27,257 nt of DNA from Propionibacteriaceae bacterium (GTDB taxonomy: Bacteria > Actinomycetota > Actinomycetes > Propionibacteriales > Propionibacteriaceae). Location: NCBI GenBank assembly GCA_031282235.1, contig JAITED010000130.1, positions 1-27,257 of the forward strand, given 5' to 3'. Below, one piece after another: positions 7,949 to 21,612 of the stretch. Below the pieces are notes generated by a model that was not told where the DNA came from, did not search any database, and worked only from the letters and a program-made list of their open reading frames with translations. The position numbers and the translations under genes are program-made. The number at the start of each line of letters is the position of its first letter. Position 1 is the stretch's first letter.

Positions 7949-8661
7949 GGGTTCTAACCTCTGCGTTGCTGGGCGCGTTGTTGTTGGGTGCCTGCGGGGT
8001 ATCCGGCGATGGCGCGCCCACGCCGTCTGATACGGCTACGGTAACGGACGAGTCTGGTTATGAGCAGTTCATGGAGGCAACGAAAGGGCTATTCGAACGC
8101 GCTTGGGAGAGGTCGCAGGCTGGTGAATATAAGCTGCTGTTTCCGGGACCGGAGATGCCGTTTCCTGAGACGGAGATTGTGCGGTTTGTTACTCTTTCTG
8201 AAAAGCCGGAGGCGTGGCGGGCTTGTATGGTGGAGGCTGGTTGGGATGTTTCGGTTAGCTCTGATGGTGGGATGACACCGCCTAGAGACCTTCCATATGA
8301 GCAGATGGATGCTTATCAGATGGCAAGTTACATCTGTCTGGCATCGTATCCGATAGACGCTAGGACGCAGCAACATAGTGCTGAGCAAGTCAAAATTCGG
8401 TATGACTACTTGGTTGAGACTCAGAAGCCGTGTTTGGAAAGCTATGGTATTCAAGTCTCTGAGCCGCCGTCGTGGGAGACGTATCGGGCAGGTTGGGTTT
8501 CTGATGGTCACGGTGGTCTAAGCCCCGACGGCGCGGGTAACTGGTCTCCGTATGAGTTTGTGCATGTGAGTGAGGATTTGTGGAACACGTTGAATGAAAA
8601 CTGTCCGCAGTCTCCGCCGGATGAGTTAATGTGGCCTGATGGTGTGCCCAATGGTGATTAA
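7936..8661 (+). CDS. Uncharacterised lipoprotein with two Cys-paired helical repeats
   Basis: Signal peptide with lipobox LLGA-C (Cys20 from ATG 7936; alternative start 7921). Repeats ACMVEAGWDV...C and PCLESYGIQV...C. Confidence 0.8.
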   Translation: MRGLRVLTSALLGALLLGACGVSGDGAPTPSDTATVTDESGYEQFMEATKGLFERAWERSQAGEYKLLFPGPEMPFPETEIVRFVTLSEKPEAWRACMVEAGWDVSVSSDGGMTPPRDLPYEQMDAYQMASYICLASYPIDARTQQHSAEQVKIRYDYLVETQKPCLESYGIQVSEPPSWETYRAGWVSDGHGGLSPDGAGNWSPYEFVHVSEDLWNTLNENCPQSPPDELMWPDGVPNGD

Positions 8662-9766
8662 ACGCGAAAGTTTGGCGGTGTTGGAACCGGGCAAAACGGA
8701 TAAGCCTAGGGTTATGGGAGTGCTTCGGCGGCGGGTGTCGCTGCTTATCAATGTGGGTTTAGTGTTGGTGGCGTTGGGCGCTGGTTGGTGGGCGGGGCGG
8801 GTTACGTTGACTGGCTCTAATGAGGGTGGAGTGGAGGCTCCGCAGCAGGTTGTGGTTGAGGTTACGCAGGGGAGTGTTGGGCGTACCTTGGGGGTGGGGG
8901 TTACGGTGCGGCAACCGGTGGAGGTGGTGGCTACTAATACGCTTTACGGCATGGTGACTTTTGCTAGGGCGGCTGGCGAGGTGAATAACGGGGATGTGGT
9001 GTTTCAGGTGGCAGGGGCGCCGGTGCGCGTGGTAGCGGGAACGGTGCCGTTTTATCGGGGGTTGTCGTCTGGGGCGCGGGGCGCGGATGTGGCGCAGCTC
9101 AATGAAGCGTTGGTGGCGTTGGGGTATTTAGCTTCGGGTAATAATGGGGATTATTTTGGTACGGCTACGTATAACGCGGTACGGGCTTGGCAGCAGGCTT
9201 TGGGGGTGGAGCGCACTGGGGCGGTGCCGTTGGGGGAGGTGTTGGCGGTGCCGCAGTTGCCTACGGTTATCCGGTTGGGGGAGGCTATCCGTACTGGGCA
9301 GTTGGTGAGCGGTGGCGAGGCGGCGGTGTTGGCTAGCAGCGGGGCGCAGGAGTTTGCTTTGGTGCTTTCTTCCGACCAATCCAACACCATCACTAACGAT
9401 GTTGCGCTGCGGGTGTTTTTTGAGGATTTGGTGTGGGAGGCGCGTTCTGTTGGTTCACGGATGGACGCTAGTGGTTATACGGCGCGCATTCTGGCGGCTG
9501 TCGATGGTGGGGCGGTGTGCGGGGCAGATTGCGCCAGACTGCCTGCTGACGAGCAGTTATCGCTGCGGGCTGAGGCGATAGTTATCCCGGAGGTGAGTGG
9601 GGCTACGCTGCCCGTTGGCGCGGTGCGTACCGCAGCGGATGGGGGAACGTATGTACGGTTGGCTGACGGCACCGAGCGTGACATAAAAGTTTTGGGTTCC
9701 GGGCAGGGGATTGCTGTGGTGTCAGGTTTGGAAGTTGGCGAGCAAGTCATAGTTTATGGGGAGTGA
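8651..9766 (+). CDS. Peptidoglycan-binding membrane-fusion/adaptor-like protein (YknX-like)
   Basis: N-terminal TM helix, a V..GSVGRTL adaptor segment, a PG_binding_1 motif (LSSGARGADVAQLNEALVALGY...YFGTATYNAVRAWQ) and a C-terminal LP..AV...DG...V...GL.VGE.V segment. Confidence 0.82.
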   Translation: MVIKRESLAVLEPGKTDKPRVMGVLRRRVSLLINVGLVLVALGAGWWAGRVTLTGSNEGGVEAPQQVVVEVTQGSVGRTLGVGVTVRQPVEVVATNTLYGMVTFARAAGEVNNGDVVFQVAGAPVRVVAGTVPFYRGLSSGARGADVAQLNEALVALGYLASGNNGDYFGTATYNAVRAWQQALGVERTGAVPLGEVLAVPQLPTVIRLGEAIRTGQLVSGGEAAVLASSGAQEFALVLSSDQSNTITNDVALRVFFEDLVWEARSVGSRMDASGYTARILAAVDGGAVCGADCARLPADEQLSLRAEAIVIPEVSGATLPVGAVRTAADGGTYVRLADGTERDIKVLGSGQGIAVVSGLEVGEQVIVYGE

Positions 9767-9772
9767 GCGGTT

Positions 9773-10408
9773 GTGTTGGCGGTCACCGAGCTGACGTTCT
9801 CTTATCGCCCCGGCGGTGAGGAGTTATTTGGCGCGTTGACTAGGGAGTTTTTGCCTGGCGCGGTTACGGCGCTCACTGGAGCATCGGGGCGAGGTAAATC
9901 CACGCTGTTGTATCTGTTGGGGTTGCTGTTGCGTCCGCGCACTGGGCAGGTGTTGATTGATGGGGTGGTTGCGTCGTCTCTGTCGGATGAGGAGTGTTCT
10001 GGGCTGCGGGCGACTCGTATTGGTTTCGTTTTTCAGGATGCCGCACTTGACCCGAGCCGTACCATTTTGGATGCCGTGGTGGAGCCAGCGTTGTACGCTG
10101 GAGCGACCATAACCGCAGTACGCCCCCGCGCTTTGCAGTTGTTGGATGAGTTTGGATTGGCACACCGCGCCACCCATCGCCCGGGGCAGATTTCTGGTGG
10201 GCAAGCGCAGCGTGTCGCCTTATGCCGTGCGTTAATCACCAACCCCAGTATCATTTTGGCTGATGAACCCACTGGTAACTTGGACATGGACAGTGCCGAG
10301 ATGGTGTTGAGCGCGCTAGTGGCTGCTAGCACGCAGGGGCGTACCGTAATCATCGCCACCCACAATGCATACGTGGTGGAACGCGCAGCTGATGTGGTGC
10401 AGTTATGA
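9773..10408 (+). CDS. ABC transporter ATP-binding subunit (LolD/MacB family)
   Basis: GASGRGKST, IGFVFQD, ISGGQAQRVALCRAL, ILADEPTGNLD, ATHN. Confidence 0.92.
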   Translation: MLAVTELTFSYRPGGEELFGALTREFLPGAVTALTGASGRGKSTLLYLLGLLLRPRTGQVLIDGVVASSLSDEECSGLRATRIGFVFQDAALDPSRTILDAVVEPALYAGATITAVRPRALQLLDEFGLAHRATHRPGQISGGQAQRVALCRALITNPSIILADEPTGNLDMDSAEMVLSALVAASTQGRTVIIATHNAYVVERAADVVQL

Positions 10409-11493
10409 AACCGTTGATGTTGCTAAGAGAGGCTTGGGTTTCCACTTTTACCCGGGTGGTGCCTGCGGTGATGGTGGCGGTGTTGTGCGCGTCCATGTGT
10501 GCTACCACGTTGCTCACGGTGGGGCGTACCGCTAGCGCTGAGGCTGATGTGATGGCTCGTATGGAGCAGGCGGGTTCGTTGGAACTCGTTATCGGCGATA
10601 ACCGTAACGCTGGGCTGTTGAGCCCTACGGTGGTAAACAATGTGGCGGCGTTAGATGTGGTGGAGCGTGCGGTGGGGTTGGGTTCTGCAGTTGATGTGCG
10701 CTCCGGCACTCTCGCTGCTGGTGGTAATCGGGTGCCTGCTTGGGGGGTGGTGGGGGATATTACTGCGGTGGCTACCCTCATCGGGGGACGGTTCCCGTTG
10801 CCGGGGGAGGCGTTGGTTTCGCAGGCTGCTTTAGAGAAACTCGGCCACGATTATCCCACTGGGTATGTGACGCAGGGGAGTGTGGATTATCCGATTGTGG
10901 GGGTTTTTGTGGCGCGTGAACCGTTCAGTGATTTAGCTGCCGGTGTGGTGTTTGTTGCGGAGGTTGGCACTCCTGCGCATACGTTGCACGTCATCACGCA
11001 CACTGCGGCTGCTGCGGTGCTCACGCAGCGGTTGGTGTTGGCTATCGTGAGCGCTCCTAAACTGGAGGATTTAACTGTGCAATCCGCTACCGCATTAGCG
11101 GCGCTACAAGGCGAGATAGCGGGCGATTTCGGGTTGTTCGGTCGGCAATTGTTGCTGTTGGTTTTGGGGGCTGGTGCCCTCCTCACCGGTGTAGTGGTGT
11201 TGGCAGATGTGTTGTTGCGCCGCGCCGATTTGGGCAGGCGGCGCGCTTTGGGGGCTACCCGCCGTATTCTCATCGCGCTAGTGATGCTCCGCGCTCTAAT
11301 CGCCGCTTTGTTCGGAGTGGTGCTGGGTTCAGCAGCGTCCCTAATCGTACTAACGGTTTGGGATGTCAGTGTGCCTACTGTGTTCGTCATCGCCACCGTC
11401 GTCCTGACGTTACTAGCCGCTCTAGCCGCCGCTCTCGGCCCTGCCGTAAAAGCCGCCACCCTTGACCCAGTTACCGTATTGCGCACCCCTTAA
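10405..11493 (+). CDS. MacB/FtsX-type ABC permease
   Basis: N-terminal TM, extracytoplasmic domain, then three C-terminal TMs with RRALGA and AATLDPVTVLR motifs. ATGA overlap with the ATPase stop. Confidence 0.88.
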   Translation: MKPLMLLREAWVSTFTRVVPAVMVAVLCASMCATTLLTVGRTASAEADVMARMEQAGSLELVIGDNRNAGLLSPTVVNNVAALDVVERAVGLGSAVDVRSGTLAAGGNRVPAWGVVGDITAVATLIGGRFPLPGEALVSQAALEKLGHDYPTGYVTQGSVDYPIVGVFVAREPFSDLAAGVVFVAEVGTPAHTLHVITHTAAAAVLTQRLVLAIVSAPKLEDLTVQSATALAALQGEIAGDFGLFGRQLLLLVLGAGALLTGVVVLADVLLRRADLGRRRALGATRRILIALVMLRALIAALFGVVLGSAASLIVLTVWDVSVPTVFVIATVVLTLLAALAAALGPAVKAATLDPVTVLRTP

Positions 11494-11522
11494 GTAATAC
11501 GCACGCTCTGAGCCGCGCGGGT

Positions 11523-11552
11523 TTGGCGTTCGGGGTGGGCTTCTAGTAGAGT
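11523..11552 (+). promoter_or_regulatory. Putative promoter of the rplJL operon
   Basis: TTGGCG, 18-nt spacer, TAGAGT, immediately upstream of the L10 leader. Confidence 0.45.
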
Positions 11553-11555
11553 CAG

Positions 11556-11680
11556 TGACCGCCAAAGACCGCCGGTAGTCGTAAGACTTTAAAGCCTTTA
11601 AGGGGCACCTGCGCAGGTACATGTGGTAGCTGCTTTTGAGTAGCGTTTTAGCCCCGTGCGCTTGCGCCGGGGTTTTCTTA
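11556..11680 (+). promoter_or_regulatory. L10 leader (ribosomal-protein autoregulatory RNA) with attenuator-like hairpin
   Basis: CCAAAGACCGCCGGT...CCTGCGCAGG core typical of actinobacterial rplJ leaders, followed by the hairpin GCCCCG...CGGGGT and a T-rich tail (11650-11680). Confidence 0.75.
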
Positions 11681-11731
11681 TTTGTTTTATACCGGGACGG
11701 GCGGCGGCACCAAGATAAGTTAGGAGACCAA

Positions 11732-12397
11732 ATGGCGAGGCCCGACAAGGTCACCGCAGTCGAGTCGCTGACGAACGAGTTTTCGTCCAGCGCTGCGGCG
11801 GTGTTGACCGAGTATCGCGGTCTGAGCGTGAAGCACCTGAAAGAACTACGCAGGTCGCTAGGCTCAGACGCCAGCTATGCCGTTGCGAAAAACACCCTGA
11901 CCAAGCTCGCTGCCGAGAACGCTGGCATTGCGGGGCTGGACGATATTCTCGTCGGCCCCACCGCCATCGCGTTCATCAAAGGCGATGTGGCTACGGTCGC
12001 TAAAGGGCTACGCGATTTCGCAAAGGCTAACCCACTTCTGGTCATCAAAGGCGGCGTCATGGACGGGAAAGTCCTAGACGCTGACACCGTAAAGAAACTC
12101 GCCGACCTAGAGTCGCGCGAAGTGCTGCTCTCCAAGCTGGCCGGTGCCATGAAAGGCACCGCTCAGAAAGCCGTATCGCTGTTCGCCGCTCCGCTTACCC
12201 AAGCGGCGCAGTTGTTCGGCGCACTGCAGGAGAAACGCGCTGCCGGTGAAACACCAGATGCGACAGCGGAAGCTGTCACCCCAAGTGCTGACGCAACTGA
12301 TACGTCTGCACCCGATAACGCCGCCCCTGCGGCATCCGAGGCGTCCGATGTGGCCTCGGCTCCCCAAGACGTAGCTGTTGCTGCATCGAATGAATGA
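11732..12397 (+). CDS. rplJ: 50S ribosomal protein L10 (with acidic Ala-rich C-terminal tail)
   Basis: MARPDK..AV, EYRGL.V..L..LRR, V.KNTL, GPTAIAF, LVIKGG..DG, LADL.SREVLL. SD AGGAG. Confidence 0.96.
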   Translation: MARPDKVTAVESLTNEFSSSAAAVLTEYRGLSVKHLKELRRSLGSDASYAVAKNTLTKLAAENAGIAGLDDILVGPTAIAFIKGDVATVAKGLRDFAKANPLLVIKGGVMDGKVLDADTVKKLADLESREVLLSKLAGAMKGTAQKAVSLFAAPLTQAAQLFGALQEKRAAGETPDATAEAVTPSADATDTSAPDNAAPAASEASDVASAPQDVAVAASNE

Positions 12398-12415
12398 GTG
12401 AAGGAAAAGAAAACT

Positions 12416-12811
12416 ATGGCTAAAAAGCTCACCACTGACGAGCTGCTTGAAGCTTTCAAGGAAATGACGCTGATTGAACTCTCCGAGTTCGTGAAGCTGT
12501 TTGAGGAAACCTTTGACGTGAAGGCTGCCGCTCCGGTGGCCGTCGCCGCCGCAGCTGCGCCTGCCGCCGCTGAGGAATCCGCCGAAGAAGAATCTTCCAA
12601 CGAGGTTGATGTCGTGCTAGAGGACGGCGGTGACAAGAAGATTCAGGTCATCAAGGTGGTACGCGAACTGGTTTCGGGTCTCGGCCTCAAAGAGGCGAAA
12701 GACCTCGTAGAAGCCGCTCCGAAGATTGTCATCGAACGCGCCACCAAAGAGGCTGCCGCCAAAGCCAAAGAGGCTCTGGAAGCCGCTGGCGCCAAAGTCA
12801 CCCTCAAGTAA
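12416..12811 (+). CDS. rplL: 50S ribosomal protein L7/L12
   Basis: [63 protein letters not shown]. Confidence 0.97.
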   Translation: MAKKLTTDELLEAFKEMTLIELSEFVKLFEETFDVKAAAPVAVAAAAAPAAAEESAEEESSNEVDVVLEDGGDKKIQVIKVVRELVSGLGLKEAKDLVEAAPKIVIERATKEAAAKAKEALEAAGAKVTLK

Positions 12812-12846
12812 GGGCGAAACATCTCCTATTGGGAGAGATACGTACG

Positions 12847-12910
12847 GGAAGCCCCGCTGCAAAGCGGGGCTTCCTGCGTATAAAAGAGCAGGGCTTCCTG
12901 CGTATAAAAG
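12847..12910 (+). terminator. 12-bp hairpin after rplL with tandemly duplicated 3' arm
   Basis: GGAAGCCCCGCT-GCAA-AGCGGGGCTTCC. GGGCTTCCTGCGTATAAAAG occurs at both 12867-12886 and 12891-12910. No U-tract. Confidence 0.55.
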
Positions 12911-13061
12911 CGTGACTGAACGCGCAAATCATTTGATACCTACCAGTGGCGCGGTATGATTCACTGTGACGGCACCCGTTAGGGCTTTTAACATGATTAC
13001 CGAAGTCGGGAGCCGAGATGCTGGCAGCGTTGCTAGGAGTGTCTGGGTTTGTGCGCGCGAG

Positions 13062-13090
13062 TTGCGCTCTGCGACTCACTGCGGTACTAT
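13062..13090 (+). promoter_or_regulatory. Putative rpoBC promoter
   Basis: TTGCGC, 17-nt spacer, TACTAT. Confidence 0.55.
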
Positions 13091-13179
13091 GGGCAGTTGT
13101 ACGTCTTGACCTTTCTGCGCCTTTTGGCGTGGGAGTGAAAGGTACGCCTTAGCCGCAAAGGCATTTGGAAGGATATATC

Positions 13180-16650
<3,471 letters not shown>

Positions 16651-16766
16651 TAAGGCTTTTAAGCCCCCCACAACTTAAAGAAGTAAGAAGTAACTGCAGC
16701 CGTTAGCTGTTCCGCAACTTAGGAACCCAAAAGGTAAACCGGGGAAGCGGAGGAGGAGAAATAGAA

Positions 16767-19700
16767 GTGCTTGACACCAACGCATACGATGCGCTCCGCA
16801 TCGGTCTGGCCGTAGCTGAACAAATCCGTGAGTGGAGTCACGGTGAGGTCAAGAAACCGGAGACCATCAACTACCGCACCCTGAAGCCAGAGCGCGAAGG
16901 TCTTTTCTGCGAGAAGATTTTCGGTCCCACCCGGGACTGGGAGTGCGCCTGCGGCAAATACAAGCGGGTGCGTTTCAAAGGTATCGTCTGTGAACGCTGC
17001 GGCGTTGAGGTGACCCGGAGTGCGGTACGCCGGGAGCGGATGGGTCACATCGAACTGGCCGCCCCCGTCACCCACATCTGGTACTTCAAGGGGGTGCCGT
17101 CTCGGTTGGGCTACCTGCTGGACGTGGCTCCGAAAGACTTGGAGAAAGTGATTTACTTCGCCGCCTACATGGTGACGAAAGTTGATGAACAGCGCCGTCA
17201 CGATGATCTGCCCACCTTGGAAGCCAAAGTGGCTTTGGAGCGGGAACAGATTGCGAAGAAGTCCACTGATGACGCGGAGAAGCGCCTCCAAAAGCTGGAG
17301 GAAGATTTGGCCACGCTGGAGGCCGAGGGTGCTAAATCCGAACAGAAGAAGCGGCTGCGGGATACCGGCGAAAAAGAGGTCAAAGCGATACGCGACCAGG
17401 CCGCCAAGAAGCTGGATATGCTGAACGCCGTATGGGACCGGTTCAAGACCCTAAAGGTGCAGGATTTGGAGGGCGACGAGCGGCTCTATGACGAGATGAA
17501 GCAGCGTTTCGGGCGCTACTTTGAGGGTTTCATGGGTGCCGAAGCCATCAAACGGCGGCTGGCGGACTTCGATTTGGAGTCCGAGTCTGAGCGGCTGCGC
17601 GACGACGTGAAGAACGGCAAGGGGCAGAAGAAAACTCGAGCCTTGAAGCGGCTCAAGGTCATCAACGCTTTCCTCTCCACCGGCAACAAGCCGATAGGTA
17701 TGGTGTTGGATGCAGTGCCAGTGTTGCCGCCGGATCTGCGTCCGATGGTGCAGTTGGACGGTGGCCGTTTTGCCACGTCTGACCTCAACGACCTGTATCG
17801 CCGCGTCATTAACCGTAACAACCGCTTGAAGCGGCTGCTGGATCTCAACGCCCCTGACATCATCGTGAACAACGAAAAGCGCATGTTGCAGGAAGCCGTT
17901 GACGCGCTGTTCGATAATGGGCGGCGTGGGCGTGCAGTCACTGGGCCAGGCAACCGCCCGTTGAAGTCCATCTCCGACATGCTGAAAGGCAAGCAGGGGC
18001 GTTTCCGTCAGAACTTGCTCGGCAAGCGCGTGGATTACTCTGGCCGTTCCGTCATCGTGGTGGGCCCGCAGCTCAAGCTGCATCAGTGCGGTTTGCCGAA
18101 AAACATGGCGTTGGAGTTGTTTAAGCCGTTCGTGATGAAGCGGTTGGACGACCTGAAGATTGCGCAAAACATCAAGTCCGCGAAGCGGATGGTGGAACGC
18201 CAGCGCCCCCAAGTTTGGGAAGTGCTGGAGGAGGTCATCAAGGAGCATCCGGTGTTGTTGAACCGGGCACCAACGCTGCACCGCCTTGGCATTCAGGCTT
18301 TCGAGCCGCAACTCATCGAGGGCAAGGCCATTCAGCTGCACCCGTTGGTGTGCGCGGCTTTCAACGCTGACTTCGACGGTGACCAGATGGCAGTCCACCT
18401 GCCGCTGTCTGCGGAGACGCAAGCGGAAGCCCGCCTGTTGATGCTTTCGACGAACAACATCTTGAAGCCGGCTGACGGTCGCCCGGTGGCGCTGCCCAGC
18501 CACGAGATGATTATCGGCATGTATTACTTGACGATGGATTTGGACGGTCTGCTGGGCGAGGGGCGTATCTTCTCCGATGTGGCCGAGGCCATGATGGCGT
18601 TTGACCGCCGCGAGCTTGATGTACGCGCTAAGGTGCGTATTAAGTTCTCCGACATAACGCCGCCGAAGGACTCTGCAACTCCGGTGCGCGCCGACGGCTC
18701 CATCGTGTTGGAAACCACGCTCGGTAAGGCAATCTTCAACGAGGCGTTGCCGGACGATTATCCGTATGTGAATTATCACGTTGGCAAGAAGCAGATTTCG
18801 CAGATTGTCTACGATGTGGCCGATAACTATCCGCGCACGGTAATCACCGAAGTGCTTGATAAGTTGAAAGATTTAGGTTTCAAGTGGGGTACGCAGTCTG
18901 GCGTTACCGTGTCCATCGGGGACGTGCAGACCCCGCCGAACAAGCCGGAACTGCTGGCGGGCTACGAAAAGAAAGCCGCCAACATCAAAGCGCAGTTCGA
19001 TATGGGCGCGACCACCGAGGGGGAGCGTAAATCTGATTTGGTGAACCTGTGGACTAACGCCACCGAGGAACTCACCAAAGAGATGGAGAAAAACTTCACC
19101 AAAACCAACCCAATTTTTATGATGATTGACTCCGGGGCGCGCGGCAACCTCACCCAGATGCGGCAGATTGCCGCTATGCGTGGCTTGGTGGCGAACCCTA
19201 AGGGCGAGATTATCGAGCGGCCAATCAAGTCGAACTTCCGTGAGGGGTTGACGGTTTTGGAGTACTTCATCTCCACCCACGGTGGCCGTAAAGGGCAGGC
19301 CGACACCGCACTGCGCACCGCAGACTCCGGGTATCTGACTCGCCGTCTGGTTGACGTATCGCAGGATGTCATCATCCGGGAGGAGGATTGCGGCACTGAA
19401 CGCGGTCTGACTAAGGATTTGGTGACCACTGACCGCGAGGGCAACACCGTTCCGCTCAGCGCCGACCTGTTGGATTTGGGTATTCATGGGCGGTTGCTCG
19501 CGGAGGATTTGTTGGACGCTAAGGGCAAGGTCATACTCCCGGCGGGTACGGACATGACCGCTGCCGACACCAAAGCGGCTATCGCTGCGGGGGCTAAAGA
19601 GCTGAAAGTACGCTCCGTGCTCACCTGCGAGGCGGTCTCTGGTGCTTGCGCCAACTGCTATGGCCGCTCGCTGGCCTCCGGCAAGCTGGTAGACGTGGGC

Positions 19701-20669
19701 GAAGCCGTGGGTATTCAGGCGGCACAGTCCATCGGTGAACCGGGAACCCAGTTGACGATGCGTACGTTCCACACCGGTGGTGTGGCTGGCGAGGACATCA
19801 CCTCCGGTCTGCCGCGCGTGGTGGAACTGTTCGAGGCGCGCACCCCCAAGGGTAAAGCTCCCATCGCGGAAGCCTCCGGGCGGGTGCGGATTGAGGAAGC
19901 CGAGGGTGGCCGGGGCGCTAAGAAGCTGGTCATCGTACGTGACGACGGCGAACCGGACGTGGAGTATCTGCTGCCGCGCCGCGCCCGCTTAGAGTGGGAT
20001 TTGAGCAACGGCGGCAAGCGTCGTATCAACGACGGCGACCACATCGAGGTTGGCGACCAACTCACCGCTGGCACCATCGACCCGCAGGACGTGTTGCGGG
20101 TACGTGGGGTGCGCAAGGTGCAGGAGCATCTGGTGGAGGAAGTGCAGAAAGTGTACGCCACTCAGGGCGCGCCGATTCACGACAAGCACATCGAGATTAT
20201 CATTCGGCAGATGTTGCGCCGGGTCACCGTAATCGACTCGGGCGACACCGACATGATGCCCGGTGACTTGGTGGACAGGCAACTGTTCGAGGCGAAGAAC
20301 CGCGCCACGTTGGACGTCGGCGGACAGCCCGCCGAGGGTCGTCCGGTGCTCATGGGCATCACGAAAGCCTCGCTGGCTACTGATTCGTGGTTGTCCGCCG
20401 CGTCGTTCCAAGAAACCACTAAGGTGCTAACCGATGCCGCTATCAACGCGAAGTCCGACCACCTGTTGGGTCTGAAAGAAAACGTCATCCTAGGCAAGTT
20501 GATTCCAGCCGGTACTGGCTTGGAGCGTTACCGTTCCATTCGGGTACGCCCCACCGCCGACGCCCAACCGTTCGCGTTGGCCGACCTCTCCGGCAATCTG
20601 GATTACAACGTCCTAGACTACGAAGACCTCTACCCGAAAGACCTAGACTTCCGCGACGACTTCGAATAA
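16767..20669 (+). CDS. rpoC: RNA polymerase beta' subunit
   Basis: Zn finger CACGKY..CERC, actinobacterial coiled-coil insert, [29 protein letters not shown] start after GGAGGAGGAG. Confidence 0.98.
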   Translation: MLDTNAYDALRIGLAVAEQIREWSHGEVKKPETINYRTLKPEREGLFCEKIFGPTRDWECACGKYKRVRFKGIVCERCGVEVTRSAVRRERMGHIELAAPVTHIWYFKGVPSRLGYLLDVAPKDLEKVIYFAAYMVTKVDEQRRHDDLPTLEAKVALEREQIAKKSTDDAEKRLQKLEEDLATLEAEGAKSEQKKRLRDTGEKEVKAIRDQAAKKLDMLNAVWDRFKTLKVQDLEGDERLYDEMKQRFGRYFEGFMGAEAIKRRLADFDLESESERLRDDVKNGKGQKKTRALKRLKVINAFLSTGNKPIGMVLDAVPVLPPDLRPMVQLDGGRFATSDLNDLYRRVINRNNRLKRLLDLNAPDIIVNNEKRMLQEAVDALFDNGRRGRAVTGPGNRPLKSISDMLKGKQGRFRQNLLGKRVDYSGRSVIVVGPQLKLHQCGLPKNMALELFKPFVMKRLDDLKIAQNIKSAKRMVERQRPQVWEVLEEVIKEHPVLLNRAPTLHRLGIQAFEPQLIEGKAIQLHPLVCAAFNADFDGDQMAVHLPLSAETQAEARLLMLSTNNILKPADGRPVALPSHEMIIGMYYLTMDLDGLLGEGRIFSDVAEAMMAFDRRELDVRAKVRIKFSDITPPKDSATPVRADGSIVLETTLGKAIFNEALPDDYPYVNYHVGKKQISQIVYDVADNYPRTVITEVLDKLKDLGFKWGTQSGVTVSIGDVQTPPNKPELLAGYEKKAANIKAQFDMGATTEGERKSDLVNLWTNATEELTKEMEKNFTKTNPIFMMIDSGARGNLTQMRQIAAMRGLVANPKGEIIERPIKSNFREGLTVLEYFISTHGGRKGQADTALRTADSGYLTRRLVDVSQDVIIREEDCGTERGLTKDLVTTDREGNTVPLSADLLDLGIHGRLLAEDLLDAKGKVILPAGTDMTAADTKAAIAAGAKELKVRSVLTCEAVSGACANCYGRSLASGKLVDVGEAVGIQAAQSIGEPGTQLTMRTFHTGGVAGEDITSGLPRVVELFEARTPKGKAPIAEASGRVRIEEAEGGRGAKKLVIVRDDGEPDVEYLLPRRARLEWDLSNGGKRRINDGDHIEVGDQLTAGTIDPQDVLRVRGVRKVQEHLVEEVQKVYATQGAPIHDKHIEIIIRQMLRRVTVIDSGDTDMMPGDLVDRQLFEAKNRATLDVGGQPAEGRPVLMGITKASLATDSWLSAASFQETTKVLTDAAINAKSDHLLGLKENVILGKLIPAGTGLERYRSIRVRPTADAQPFALADLSGNLDYNVLDYEDLYPKDLDFRDDFE

Positions 20670-20693
20670 CCGTCCCCGGACGTAACCGGACAT

Positions 20694-20757
20694 AATACGC
20701 AGTGCCCCCGCTAAACAGCGTGGGGCACTGTGTGTTTTGTGGGGCACTGCGTATTTT
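20694..20757. terminator. Hairpin between convergent rpoC and the prenyltransferase gene, with duplicated 3' arm
   Basis: The 5' arm AATACGCAGTGCCCC pairs with GGGGCACTGTGTGTT (via G-U) or perfectly with GGGGCACTGCGTATT. Each 3' copy is followed by T's. Confidence 0.7.
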
Positions 20758-20790
20758 TGGCTGTGTGTTTCTGGGGGTGCTGCGTGGAGG

Positions 20791-21573
20791 TTAGCGGCCG
20801 TAGCGGCGTTTGCGCCCGGCGTAGGAGCGCAGCGCCCGTAGGAAGTCGATGTAGCGGAAGTCGGGCCAAAGGGCTTCGCAGAAGTAGAACTCGGAGTGGG
20901 CGCTTTGCCACATCAAGAAGCCGGAGAGGCGTTGTTCGCCGGAGGTGCGGATGATGAGGTCGGGGTCGGGTTGGCCTGCGGTGTAGAGGTGGGCGGCGAT
21001 TTGGTCAGCGTCGAGGGTTTCAGCCAGTTCGGCTAGGGTGGTGCCTTTGGCGGCTTCGGCGGCGAGCAGTTCGCGTACCGCATCGCGCAGTTCGTGGCGG
21101 CCACCGTAGGCTACGGCGACGTTCACCTGTGTGCCGCTAAGCTGCGGCGGGGTGGTGGGGATAGTGGCAGCGCGCAGCCCGGCGGCGGCTGCAGGGGGCA
21201 GCAGGTCTAGGTCGCCTACCACTTGCACGTTTAGGGTGGGGTCAGCAGCGAGGTTGCGTACCAGATTGGCGATAACCTCTAGCAGCGGATGGAGTTCATC
21301 GGCGGCAGAGCGTTGCAGATTATCGGTGGATAGCACCCAAAGGGTGAGCGTATTCAACCCCAGTTCTTGACACCACCCGACGAACTGCTTGAGTTTCGCA
21401 GCCCCAGCTTGATAGCCGACGACCAACGGGGACTCTGGGGCGTTTTGCCTAGCCCAACGCCTATTGCCATCCGCAAGCACCGCAATATGCTTCGGCAGCG
21501 TGGCAGGTGTCAAGCGACGGCGCAACCAGTTGGAGTACAACCGATAGACCGGGTTCAACAATGATTCAGCCAC
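20791..21573 (-). CDS. uppS: cis-isoprenyl diphosphate synthase (UppS family; likely the short-chain Rv1086-type paralog given its divergent linkage to trhA)
   Basis: PKHIAVLADGNRRWAR, TLWVLSTDNL, VAYGGR.E, PDPDLIIRTSGEQRLSGFLMWQSAHSE. Confidence 0.92.
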   Translation of the reverse strand: MAESLLNPVYRLYSNWLRRRLTPATLPKHIAVLADGNRRWARQNAPESPLVVGYQAGAAKLKQFVGWCQELGLNTLTLWVLSTDNLQRSAADELHPLLEVIANLVRNLAADPTLNVQVVGDLDLLPPAAAAGLRAATIPTTPPQLSGTQVNVAVAYGGRHELRDAVRELLAAEAAKGTTLAELAETLDADQIAAHLYTAGQPDPDLIIRTSGEQRLSGFLMWQSAHSEFYFCEALWPDFRYIDFLRALRSYAGRKRRYGR

Positions 21574-21612
21574 CCCCTAAGCCTACTGGTTTGTGAGCGC
21601 CGCTCACCAATA

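Noticed and set aside
11636-11731. N-terminal extensions of rplJ (and likewise recQ 4490, permease 2862, rpoB 13165, rplL 12398) given in the ORF track
   Set aside because: Downstream starts have a proper SD or stop/start coupling and match the family N-termini. The rplJ extension runs through the L10 leader hairpin.
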